Assembly (NCBI GenBank): GCA_016875475.1
Contig: VGRB01000001.1
Location: forward strand, 1-48,220
DNA from: Deltaproteobacteria bacterium
GTDB taxonomy: Bacteria; Myxococcota_A; UBA9042; DTJE01
Length of the DNA stretch: 48,220 bases
Reading direction: 5' to 3'
How positions within the stretch are numbered: the first letter of the stretch is position 1; each line of letters begins with the position of its first letter. The notes beneath the pieces were generated by a model, which was given only the letters and a program-made list of their open reading frames with translations, did not search any database and was not told the origin of the DNA. A program made the translations under genes and the position numbers. Of this stretch, positions 40,735 to 48,220 are shown piece by piece.

Positions 40735-43344
40735 TCACCGGGTCCTCCCCGGCGCGGGCGGGCGTGCGTTCGCCGGGTCGTCCGGCCACGTGTGGCGGGG
40801 GTAGCGGCGTCTCAGCTCGCGGGCCAGCGCCGGGTAGTGGCGTTCCCAGAACCCGGCGAGGTCCGTGGTCACCTGGACGTCCCGGCCCGCGGGCGAACGC
40901 AGGTGCAGCACGACCGGAATTTCCCCCCCGAGGACCGCGGGACCGCGCGCCATCCCGAAGAAGTCCTGGAGGCGCGACCCCGCGGATGGCGGCCGCCCCT
41001 CCTCGTACTCGAGCCGGAGCCTCCGGCCCCCCGGAAGCGCGATCGACGGGGGCGCAAGCTCGGCCAGCGCGCGCCGCTGCTCGCGCGTCAGGACCGCCTC
41101 CAGGGCCGCCACCACGCCCGCGGCGCGGACCTCCGCGAGCGATCGGCGGCCCCGGCACAGGCCTGCGATCACCCCCCCGACCTGCCCCGGATCGAACGCG
41201 GGGAGCCCGAGGTCCGGCCGGTGCGTGCGCAGGAACGCCACCCGGGCCAGGAGCAGGCCCGGGTCCTCCCCCTCGGAGGCGAGCGCGTCGATGCCGCGCT
41301 TCCGCGCCGCGTCCGCCAGCAGGGCCGCGACCGCCTCCGCGTCCGGGGCCGGGTCGGGCGTCTCCTCCAGGACCAGCCCGTCGAACAGGACCCTCCGGAC
41401 CGCCTCGACCCGCCCGGCGGATGTGTTGAAGCGAAGCTCCGAGACCTCGCGCACCTGGTCGAGGAAGAGGTCGAGCAGCCAGTCCTCCTCGACCACCGCC
41501 GCGGCCCGCACCAGCAGCGCAGCGCCGTGCGTGCCCTGCCGCTCGGCCGCGTCCGCGACCACGAGCAGGCGGCCTTCCGGCAGGAGGGCGCCCCCCGGCA
41601 GGTCCGCGACGCCGCCCGCGGCGAGCGCGAACTCCGAGGCGCCCGGCCTGCCGCGCGCGGCCGCCCGGGTCCGTCCCACCCGGTCCGGGAAGCCCGCGAG
41701 CAGCGCCTTCGTCAGCGCGGCGCGCCGGTCCGGCGGGACGGACGGGCCGTGGCGGGGCGTCCTCGTCGCGTGCACCGCCTCGCGCGCGGTCTTCAGGATC
41801 TGGTCCCGGGCCCGCAGCACCGCCGCGACCGACGGCGGGTCGAGCCCGAGCCGCCGCAGTTCGTGGTCCGCACGCGGGGTCGCGCGCAGGTCCGCGAGCA
41901 CGTCGACCGCCTCGATCGGGTCGAGGAACCCGTGCGGGGACAGGGACTCTCCGGCCGCCTCCGATCCCCCCGCGCCGAGCCCGACGGACCGCGCCGACCG
42001 CCGCACGTCGCGCTCCGCGAGCACGGCCGCGAGCATGCAGCCGTCCTCGGCGAGCCCGCCCGCGGCCGCCTCGACCACGATGCGCGCGAGCCGCGGGTGT
42101 ACCGGGATCCGCAGCATCGCGCGGCCGGCGGCCGACAACCCCCCCGAGTCATCGAGCGCGCCGAGCCTGGAGAGCAGGGCCTCCGCGGCCGGGATCGCCT
42201 GCCGCGGGGGCGCGTCCAGCCATTCGATCGCGGCCGGGTCGAGGCCCATCCCGCGGACCAGCAGCACGGTCTCGGCGAGGTCCGACCGCACGACCTCGGG
42301 CGGGTCGCGCTCGGGCCGCCCGTCCGCGTCCGCGCGCGTGAACAGCCTGAGGCAGCGCCCCGGCCGCGTGCGCCCGGCGCGTCCGGCGCGCTGCGCGATC
42401 GACGCGCGCGACGCCCGGACCACCCGGAGCGTCTTGAGCCCCGACCACGGCGAGTGTGCCGCCTGCCTCGCGAGGCCGGTGTCGATGACCGTGGTGACCC
42501 CGTCGATGGTCACGGACGTCTCGGCGACGTTCGTGGACAGGATCAGGCGCGGCCGGTCCGACGGCGCGACGGCCCGGTCCTGCTCCGCGGCCGGGAGGTC
42601 CCCGTGGAGCGCGACCAGCAGGAGCCCGTGGCGCCTCGCCGCCTCCTCGCACGCGTCGCGGGCCTGACGGATCTCTGCCGCGCCCGGCAGGAAGACCAGG
42701 CAGTCGCCCGGCGGGCCCTTCAGCGCCGCGCGCTCGACCGCGGACGCGACCTGGATCGCGAGCGGCCGGTCGTCGGGCCTCGCCAGGTGCTCGACCTCCA
42801 CGTCGAACCTGCGGCCCTCGGCAACCACCACGGCCGCGTCCAGGAACCCCGCGACCCCGGCCGCGTCGAGCGTCGCGGACATCGCGACGAGCCGCAGGTC
42901 CGGCCTCGTGGTCCGCCTCAGGCGCCGGAGCAGCGCGACCGCGAGGTCCGCGTCCAGGCTCCGCTCGTGGAACTCGTCGAGCACGACCGCGGCCACGCCG
43001 CGAAGGTCCGGGTCCGACGCCAGGCGCCGGACCAGCACGCCCTCGGTCACGAACCACAGGCGGGTCGCGCGGCCGCCGCACTCCTCGAACCGCACCCGGT
43101 ACCCGACCGAGCGGCCGACCGGCTCGCCGGCCTCCTCGGCCACGCGCCGGGCCGCGACGCGCGCCGCGATCCGCCTCGGCTCCAGCACGACCACGTCACC
43201 GTCGGCGCCCGCGAGGACGGCGGGCGGCACGCGCGTGGTCTTGCCCGACCCCGGCGGCGCCTGCACCACGGCCGCGCCGCGCGCGCGCAGGGCCGAGGCC
43301 ACTTCCGGCAGGACCTCGTCGACGGGCAGCGGGATTCGTTCCAC
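40735..43344 (-). CDS. hrpB: ATP-dependent DEAH-box RNA helicase HrpB
   Basis: Walker A APPGSGKTT, DEFHER, SAT, the TNVAETSVTIDG and QRAGRAGR motifs, and the C-terminal HrpB domain. GTG 43344 is the first start after the in-frame junk of ORF 40735..44904. 869 aa. Confidence 0.92.
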   Translation of the reverse strand: MERIPLPVDEVLPEVASALRARGAAVVQAPPGSGKTTRVPPAVLAGADGDVVVLEPRRIAARVAARRVAEEAGEPVGRSVGYRVRFEECGGRATRLWFVTEGVLVRRLASDPDLRGVAAVVLDEFHERSLDADLAVALLRRLRRTTRPDLRLVAMSATLDAAGVAGFLDAAVVVAEGRRFDVEVEHLARPDDRPLAIQVASAVERAALKGPPGDCLVFLPGAAEIRQARDACEEAARRHGLLLVALHGDLPAAEQDRAVAPSDRPRLILSTNVAETSVTIDGVTTVIDTGLARQAAHSPWSGLKTLRVVRASRASIAQRAGRAGRTRPGRCLRLFTRADADGRPERDPPEVVRSDLAETVLLVRGMGLDPAAIEWLDAPPRQAIPAAEALLSRLGALDDSGGLSAAGRAMLRIPVHPRLARIVVEAAAGGLAEDGCMLAAVLAERDVRRSARSVGLGAGGSEAAGESLSPHGFLDPIEAVDVLADLRATPRADHELRRLGLDPPSVAAVLRARDQILKTAREAVHATRTPRHGPSVPPDRRAALTKALLAGFPDRVGRTRAAARGRPGASEFALAAGGVADLPGGALLPEGRLLVVADAAERQGTHGAALLVRAAAVVEEDWLLDLFLDQVREVSELRFNTSAGRVEAVRRVLFDGLVLEETPDPAPDAEAVAALLADAARKRGIDALASEGEDPGLLLARVAFLRTHRPDLGLPAFDPGQVGGVIAGLCRGRRSLAEVRAAGVVAALEAVLTREQRRALAELAPPSIALPGGRRLRLEYEEGRPPSAGSRLQDFFGMARGPAVLGGEIPVVLHLRSPAGRDVQVTTDLAGFWERHYPALARELRRRYPRHTWPDDPANARPPAPGRTR

Positions 43345-43366
43345 GGCCGGGATTCTATCCCGTCGT

Positions 43367-43511
43367 GAGCATTCCGCGCTGTCGCGCGGCCCGCACGGCA
43401 GGCGGTCCCGAACGACAGCCGTCCGGATTCGTACCCCAAGCCCCGGCCCCCGGGCAGGCCCGGAGGGGCATCGATCGGAGGGGGACGCGGCTCGCCCCCC
43501 TGCCCGCCGCC
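43367..43511 (-). repeat. ~145-bp GC-rich intergenic repeat, copy B (inverted relative to copy A)
   Basis: Its reverse complement aligns with 29432-29575 (see copy A). It occupies most of the divergent hrpB / SGNH intergenic region. Confidence 0.85.
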
Positions 43512-43581
43512 CCGCGGTGCGGGGCGCGGGCCACCCCCCTTGCGCGGCCGCCTTGCGGTCGCTCGTCGTACAATCCCGTCG

Positions 43582-45039
43582 ATGCGAACGCGGACGCGCC
43601 GTCTCGTCGTGCTCCTGCTGGCCGCGGCCTCGCCCCTGCTCCTCGAAGCGGGGTGGCGGGCGTGGGTCGTCGCGTCCGCGCCCGGCGCCGAGCCGGGTGC
43701 ATTCACGGTCCTCGCGGTCGGCGGCTCGGGCATGCGCGGGGCGTACGTGGAGCCGCGGATGTCGATCCCCAGCACGGTCGAGTGGATGCTCGGCGGGAAC
43801 GCGGGCGGGCGGCGGATCGTGACGCACGTGCTCGCGGACCACGGCCACTCGATCTACCCGCAGGCGGTCCTGCTCGAGCGGGCGCTCGCGGGCCGGGGCG
43901 ACGCGGGACCGGGCGTGGTGCTGGTCTATTCGGGCCACAACGAGGGGATCGGGCCGGATGCCGCGGACTCGCCCGCCGGGGGGGCGTCGTTCCTGGAGCG
44001 GGAAGTCGAGTCCCGGTCGTGGCTCGTGCGCGACCTCGCGTTCCTCGCGCGCGAGCGCGGGTGGCTGGACCGCCGCCGCGATCTCCGCACGACGGAGCAC
44101 TGGCTCCGGCGCGTGGCCTGGACCGCGCGCGACCACGGGCTCGTGCCGATCCTCGCGTCCGAGCCGTCGAACGTGGGGGGGATCGAGCCGAACGTGAGGG
44201 AGGACGCGGACGCCGCGGCGGTCCGGGCCGCGGTGGAGTCGGGGGACGAGGAGTCGTGGCTCCGCCGCGCCGGCGATCAAGCCGCAGGGGCGCTGTTCCT
44301 CTACCTCGCGGGCAAGGCGCGGCGGGCGCGGGGGGCCGCGGAGGGCGCGCGGGGGCTCCTGCTCCGGGCGATCGACCGCGACCCGCGCAACCACTTCGGC
44401 CGGGCCACGTCCGCCCAGCACGACCTCGTGCGAAGGGTCGCGGCGGAGGAGGGCGTCCCGCTCGTCGATGCCCCGGCCGTGCTCGCCGCGGCCTCGCCCG
44501 ACGGGATCCCGGACGGCGGCCTGTTCGGGGACGGGCACCACCCGGGTGCCGAGGGGTACCGCCTGATCGCCGCGGCGTTCGCGGCGCGGGTGGCGGAGGT
44601 AGGGGGGGACCCGGCGCCTCCCCGCGCGTCCGCGCCGCTCGTCGAGGTCGAGGCCGCCCTGGGCGTGACGCCGTCCGACCGGCGGGACGCGGCGGTCCGG
44701 TACGGGAGCTGGCTGGTCGCGACCGCGGCCATGCACCCGTGGCCCGACGACCGGCTCGCGCTCGCCGGGACGCGCTTCCGCGAGGCCCTCGACGCGTCGC
44801 CGGACGACCCGTCGGCCCTGCTCGGCGTCGCGATCGCGCAGGCCGGGCGCGCGGGCGGGCTGCTGCGGGACCGCGAGGCGCTCGACGCGCTCCACCGGTG
44901 GCACGTGTTCTACTCGGACCGGTTCTGCGTCCCGCCGGAGGAGCGCGCCGCCGCGATGCGGCGGCTCGGCGAGGCGGGCGCGGACGGGGCGATCCTGGCG
45001 CGGCTCGACGCGTCGAAGGGGGTGGCATGCGGACCCTGA
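43582..45039 (+). CDS. SGNH/GDSL-like hydrolase-fold protein with C-terminal helical repeat region
   Basis: N-terminal hydrophobic segment. Blocks VGGSGMRG (block I-like), YSGHNE (block III-like) and DGHHP (block V DxxH). Start ATG 43582 lies 7 nt after TACAAT; TTG 43540 is the alternative. The family call is tentative. Confidence 0.65.
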   Translation: MRTRTRRLVVLLLAAASPLLLEAGWRAWVVASAPGAEPGAFTVLAVGGSGMRGAYVEPRMSIPSTVEWMLGGNAGGRRIVTHVLADHGHSIYPQAVLLERALAGRGDAGPGVVLVYSGHNEGIGPDAADSPAGGASFLEREVESRSWLVRDLAFLARERGWLDRRRDLRTTEHWLRRVAWTARDHGLVPILASEPSNVGGIEPNVREDADAAAVRAAVESGDEESWLRRAGDQAAGALFLYLAGKARRARGAAEGARGLLLRAIDRDPRNHFGRATSAQHDLVRRVAAEEGVPLVDAPAVLAAASPDGIPDGGLFGDGHHPGAEGYRLIAAAFAARVAEVGGDPAPPRASAPLVEVEAALGVTPSDRRDAAVRYGSWLVATAAMHPWPDDRLALAGTRFREALDASPDDPSALLGVAIAQAGRAGGLLRDREALDALHRWHVFYSDRFCVPPEERAAAMRRLGEAGADGAILARLDASKGVACGP

Positions 45040-47192
45040 ACCTCGGGATTGCCCTGGCCGCCGCGATCGGATGCGGGGGCGGGAGAGGTCCGTCCGGCGC
45101 CGGTCCCGCGGACGCGGATGTGGCGGCCGACGTCGCGATCGCGGACGAGGCGGCCGAGGCGCCGGGGGACGCGCCCGCGGAGGCCGCGCCGGCGCGCGTC
45201 CACGGCTGGATCCTGCTCGACGCGGACCGCGACAGGGTGCTCTCCGCGATCGAGGAGGGCGCGAGGCGGGGGGTGAACCACCTCCAGCTCTCGCACGAAC
45301 TCATCGACGAGGTCGACCAGCTCCTCGGGGACTCGCCCGAGGCCGCGGCGCGGGCGGCGCTGCTGAACGAGGCGATCGCGGCGGCGCACGCGCACGGGAT
45401 GAAGGTCCATGTCTGGGCGCACGAGCTGTCGGGCGTGGGCCCGGACGTCTGCTACGGGCCGGACGGCGACGTGTGGAAGGAGCGCGCGGACGCCTACCGC
45501 GCCGCGATCGCGCGGATCCCGGACGTGGACGGCGTTGTCCTGATGTTCGGGTCCGCGCCCGTGCCGCCGTGGTTCACGTTCTGCTCCTGCCGGTGGTGCC
45601 TGGACCGTCCCGCGGACGACCCGTTCGACATGCCCCCCCGCGCCGAGAAGGCGAGGCTGATCGTCGAGCACGTCGCCGCGGTCGTGACGGGCGAGCTTCG
45701 CAAGGAGGTGATCGCGCGCGTCTTCGTGCACGAGCCCGGGGAGAACGCGTGGCATGCCGAGGGGTTCGCCGCGGCAAACGCGGCCTTCGCGACCATGCAC
45801 AAGGGCCCGACCCAGGACTGGCAGCCCTACAACCCCCACGACCCGACGGTCGGGGCGTGCGGCCCGCGCCCGGCCCTCATGGAGGAGGACGCGGCCGGCG
45901 AGTACCTCGGCCTGTCCGCGCTGCCGTTCGCCGCGCCCGGGTACTACCTGTACCGGCTCAGGCACGTCATGGATCGGGGTGGGCAGGGCGCGGTGCTCCG
46001 GGTCGAGCGGGGCAGCCGGCGCGCGCTCGGCACGCCGAACGAAGTGAACCTGCTGGCGGTCGCCCGCTTCCTCGCGGACCCGGCCGTGACGCTCGACGCG
46101 ATCTGGGCGGAGTTCCTCGCGGATCGCTACGGCGTCGGTCCCGCGACGCCCGGGTTCCGCGCGCTCAGGTCCGCGCTCGAGTCGTCGTTCCCCGTCCGCC
46201 TCCGCGACCACTACGTCCTCGGGATATGGGCGCTCGACAAGGGGAGCGACCTGCCCCGCGACCTCGCGGTCGGCGAGCTGCAGGGGCGCGGGAACATGCC
46301 CAAGTGGGACCCCGCGTGGCAGGCGACGTGGGACGCCGTGGACCGGCCGGACGCGACCACGCTCCGGCGCCTGTGGCAGGAGGGGAGCGAGTCCGTGTGG
46401 CTCGCGTCCGAGGCGCTCGCGGCGTTCGCGGCCGTCCGGGACCGGCTCCCGGCCGGCGCGCGGGCGGACCTCGGCCGGCGGCTCGCGCACCAGCGGCTGG
46501 CCGCGCGGGCGTGGAGGGCGGCGGACCAGGCGGTCTTCGCGAACCGCGCGAGGGGCCAGGGTGACGCCGACCAAGGACTCGTCGCCCGGATGGCCTGGGC
46601 CCGAGACGAGCTGCTCGCGGTCGAGGCGGCGATGCGCGCGGAGGGCCTCGACGGGGTCGCGGCCGGGAGCCCGTCCGCCGCGGCCGCCCTCGCCGCGGCC
46701 GTCGCGGGGTCCGTTCCCGCCGGGACCGTCCCGTGGCGGCCCGACGCGCCCGCGTTCTCTCCGATCCGGGTCGCCCGCACCACCGGGGCGGCGCCGGGGG
46801 GGAACGGGGGCACCGCCGAACTGGTATTCTCGGCCCCGGCGGGCGTCGAGGTTACGGTGGACTGGGGCACGGACCCGGCAGTGCTCGGCCGCACGGTCGT
46901 CCTGCCCGCGAACCGTCCGGCCGCGGCCGAGGAGCGGGTGGTCCTCGAAGACCTCCTGCCCGGCGTGCGCTACGTCGCCCGTGCCCGCGCCGCGGTCGGC
47001 GGCGTCGGGTACGTCGGCGGCGAGACCTGGATCTTCGCCGAGGCCGCGTGCGCGGGCCCGGCCTGTCCCGCCTGCACCCCGGACTGCACGGGCCGCTGCG
47101 CGGGAGCGCCGGACGGCTGCGGAGGCGCGTGCGCCGCCGGCGACTGCCGGAGCTCGTGCGCGGGCACGGCCTGCCTGGAAGCGGAACTGTGA
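45027..47192 (+). CDS. large lipoprotein, possible TIM-barrel glycoside-hydrolase-like domain, Cys-rich C-terminal tail
   Basis: The last 721 aa of ORF 43365..47192. ATG 45027 follows AAGGGGG. Lipobox AAIGC-GGG. Ends AACAGPACPACTPDCTGRCAGAPDGCGGACAAGDCRSSCAGTAC. Function not established. Confidence 0.72.
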   Translation: MRTLNLGIALAAAIGCGGGRGPSGAGPADADVAADVAIADEAAEAPGDAPAEAAPARVHGWILLDADRDRVLSAIEEGARRGVNHLQLSHELIDEVDQLLGDSPEAAARAALLNEAIAAAHAHGMKVHVWAHELSGVGPDVCYGPDGDVWKERADAYRAAIARIPDVDGVVLMFGSAPVPPWFTFCSCRWCLDRPADDPFDMPPRAEKARLIVEHVAAVVTGELRKEVIARVFVHEPGENAWHAEGFAAANAAFATMHKGPTQDWQPYNPHDPTVGACGPRPALMEEDAAGEYLGLSALPFAAPGYYLYRLRHVMDRGGQGAVLRVERGSRRALGTPNEVNLLAVARFLADPAVTLDAIWAEFLADRYGVGPATPGFRALRSALESSFPVRLRDHYVLGIWALDKGSDLPRDLAVGELQGRGNMPKWDPAWQATWDAVDRPDATTLRRLWQEGSESVWLASEALAAFAAVRDRLPAGARADLGRRLAHQRLAARAWRAADQAVFANRARGQGDADQGLVARMAWARDELLAVEAAMRAEGLDGVAAGSPSAAAALAAAVAGSVPAGTVPWRPDAPAFSPIRVARTTGAAPGGNGGTAELVFSAPAGVEVTVDWGTDPAVLGRTVVLPANRPAAAEERVVLEDLLPGVRYVARARAAVGGVGYVGGETWIFAEAACAGPACPACTPDCTGRCAGAPDGCGGACAAGDCRSSCAGTACLEAEL

Positions 47193-47232
47193 GAGGGTCA
47201 GTCTCGCGGACCCTGTGAGAGGAGGTGCCCCC

Positions 47233-47979
47233 GTGGAGACCCTCACCGACTTCCCCAAGATCCATTGCCCGTTCATCCGGCAGACGTTCCCGGTCGACCG
47301 GGAGCAGTTCAAGGCGCGCGGCGCCGCCTTCCAGCTCCGGGCGCCGGAGGTCTACCTGGCGGTCGACCGGGTCAACCCGGGGTACGAATGGGTCTTCGAG
47401 GACCCGGACACGATCGCGGTCGAGAAGCTGAACGGGACCAACATCAAGCTGAAGACCGAGAAGGGGCGGCTCGTCGCGCTCCAGAACCGCAAGAACGTCA
47501 TCGACCCGCTCCAGATCATGTCGGGCAAGACCCACATCATCGAGGCGATCTTCCGCTCCATCGGGAAGGGCTACGTGCTCCCGGACGGCGAGCAGGCGGG
47601 CGAGTGCATCGGCCCGAAGGTGCAGGGGAATCCCTACCGGCTCGACTTCCACGAGTGGTACCCCTTCGAGAAGGCGATCGGGCACCTCCGGTACAACTCC
47701 TTCCACGAGCACGAGCGCACGTTCGACAACTGGAGCGCCTGGTTCAGGGACTTCCTCCACTCCCGCTTCCACCAGAAGGCCGCTGCGAAGAAGGGCGCCG
47801 AGGACAAGGTCTTCGCCGAGGGCGTGGTGTTCTACAACCTCGGGCGCCGGGCCGAAGGCCTCCCGTACATGGCCAAGCTCCGGCGCGACATGTTCGACTG
47901 GTTCTACGAGGGGATCCCGGTCCTCGGCTACGACAGGAAGGGCCGCGACGAGGTCGAGGATCAGGAGAAATTCGACTGA
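47233..47979 (+). CDS. ATP-dependent RNA ligase-like nucleotidyltransferase (Rnl2 / RNA_ligase family)
   Basis: GTG 47233 lies 7 nt after GGAGG. Motif I VEKLNGTN (compare EKxHGTN of Rnl2), motif IV AEGVVFY, motif V MAKLRR. 248 aa. Confidence 0.72.
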   Translation: METLTDFPKIHCPFIRQTFPVDREQFKARGAAFQLRAPEVYLAVDRVNPGYEWVFEDPDTIAVEKLNGTNIKLKTEKGRLVALQNRKNVIDPLQIMSGKTHIIEAIFRSIGKGYVLPDGEQAGECIGPKVQGNPYRLDFHEWYPFEKAIGHLRYNSFHEHERTFDNWSAWFRDFLHSRFHQKAAAKKGAEDKVFAEGVVFYNLGRRAEGLPYMAKLRRDMFDWFYEGIPVLGYDRKGRDEVEDQEKFD

Positions 47980-47989
47980 TCCCGCGGCT

Positions 47990-48220
47990 CTACGGTCTTC
48001 CCGTACCCGAGCCCGAGCCCGCTCCCTCCTGTTCCCCCCCCACGCGGTAGAACCCCACCGGGACCTCCGCCGCGTCGTACTTCTCGCTCGCGAACTCGAC
48101 CGCGGGGAGCACCGCCTCCGCGACCGGGTCGCCGCGGTAGCGCTCGAGTGCCTGCCGGCACGGGTCGCGCACGCGCGCCGCGTTGGCCGGGTCGCCGCGG
48201 CAGCTCGCCTGGAGGTAGGG
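47990..48220 (-). CDS. 3' end of a hypothetical protein gene running off the window
   Basis: The frame stays open to the window edge with G/C in nearly all third positions (...SCRGDPANAARVRDPCRQALERYRGDPVAEAVLPAVEFASEKYD...). Stop at 47990. No family recognised. Confidence 0.5.
   Translation of the reverse strand, partial: PYLQASCRGDPANAARVRDPCRQALERYRGDPVAEAVLPAVEFASEKYDAAEVPVGFYRVGGEQEGAGSGSGTGRP

Noticed and set aside
43345-44904. N-terminal ~520-codon extension of the hrpB ORF (40735..44904) and the first ~550 codons of ORF 43365..47192.
   Set aside because: The extensions run through the intergenic repeat and antisense to, or out of frame with, the SGNH-like gene. HrpB motifs begin right after GTG 43344, and the lipoprotein signal begins at ATG 45027.

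Overview
Very GC-rich (above 70% by eye), gene-dense segment of a Gram-negative chromosome. Many lipoproteins with 'C-G-G-G' lipoboxes, thrombospondin-type repeats and giant Cys-rich repeat proteins suggest a Myxococcota-like host, but that is a low-confidence inference. No rRNA, tRNA, CRISPR array or transposase gene was seen. Contents from left to right: (1) the conserved rplU-rpmA-obg operon. (2) A sulfur island. It holds an ArsR regulator, a TAT-exported PsrABC-type molybdopterin reductase, and a split YeeE/YedE transporter whose second half carries a Cys-less rhodanese domain. These converge on a tusA-like / small sulfite-reductase-like / cysteine-synthase / cysG operon. (3) An AT-rich divergent promoter island. 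(4) The item I rate most interesting: one operon encoding a lipoprotein, an outer-membrane beta-barrel with a single N-terminal CxxCH (Cyc2-like cytochrome-porin candidate), an amicyanin-like cupredoxin, a Rieske protein, a split cytochrome b, an octahaem cytochrome and a monohaem lipoprotein cytochrome. I read it as a candidate conduit between the quinone pool and the cell surface (Fe(II) oxidation or extracellular electron transfer). (5) A GT-C-like membrane protein and a VWA/TSP3 lipoprotein whose 3' end, stop codon included, is duplicated in frame. (6) A ThiF-like E1 with a cysteine desulfurase, and a LolC/E-like permease. (7) A lower-GC Dam-type methyltransferase plus small PD-(D/E)xK nuclease cassette, next to the remnant of a second Dam gene. 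(8) An operon of two giant Cys-rich 'CDDGNPCT' repeat lipoproteins (1903 and 947 aa) flanking an ICMT/PEMT-family membrane methyltransferase. (9) A secreted protein, HrpB helicase, an SGNH-like hydrolase, a large lipoprotein and an Rnl2-like RNA ligase. A ~145-bp non-coding repeat occurs twice in inverted orientation (29432-29575 and 43367-43511), bracketing items 8 and 9 up to hrpB. A truncated third copy lies at 39511-39539. Most long ORFs in the track that run antisense to these genes are GC-bias artefacts. All functional calls rest on motifs read by eye. No database search was possible.
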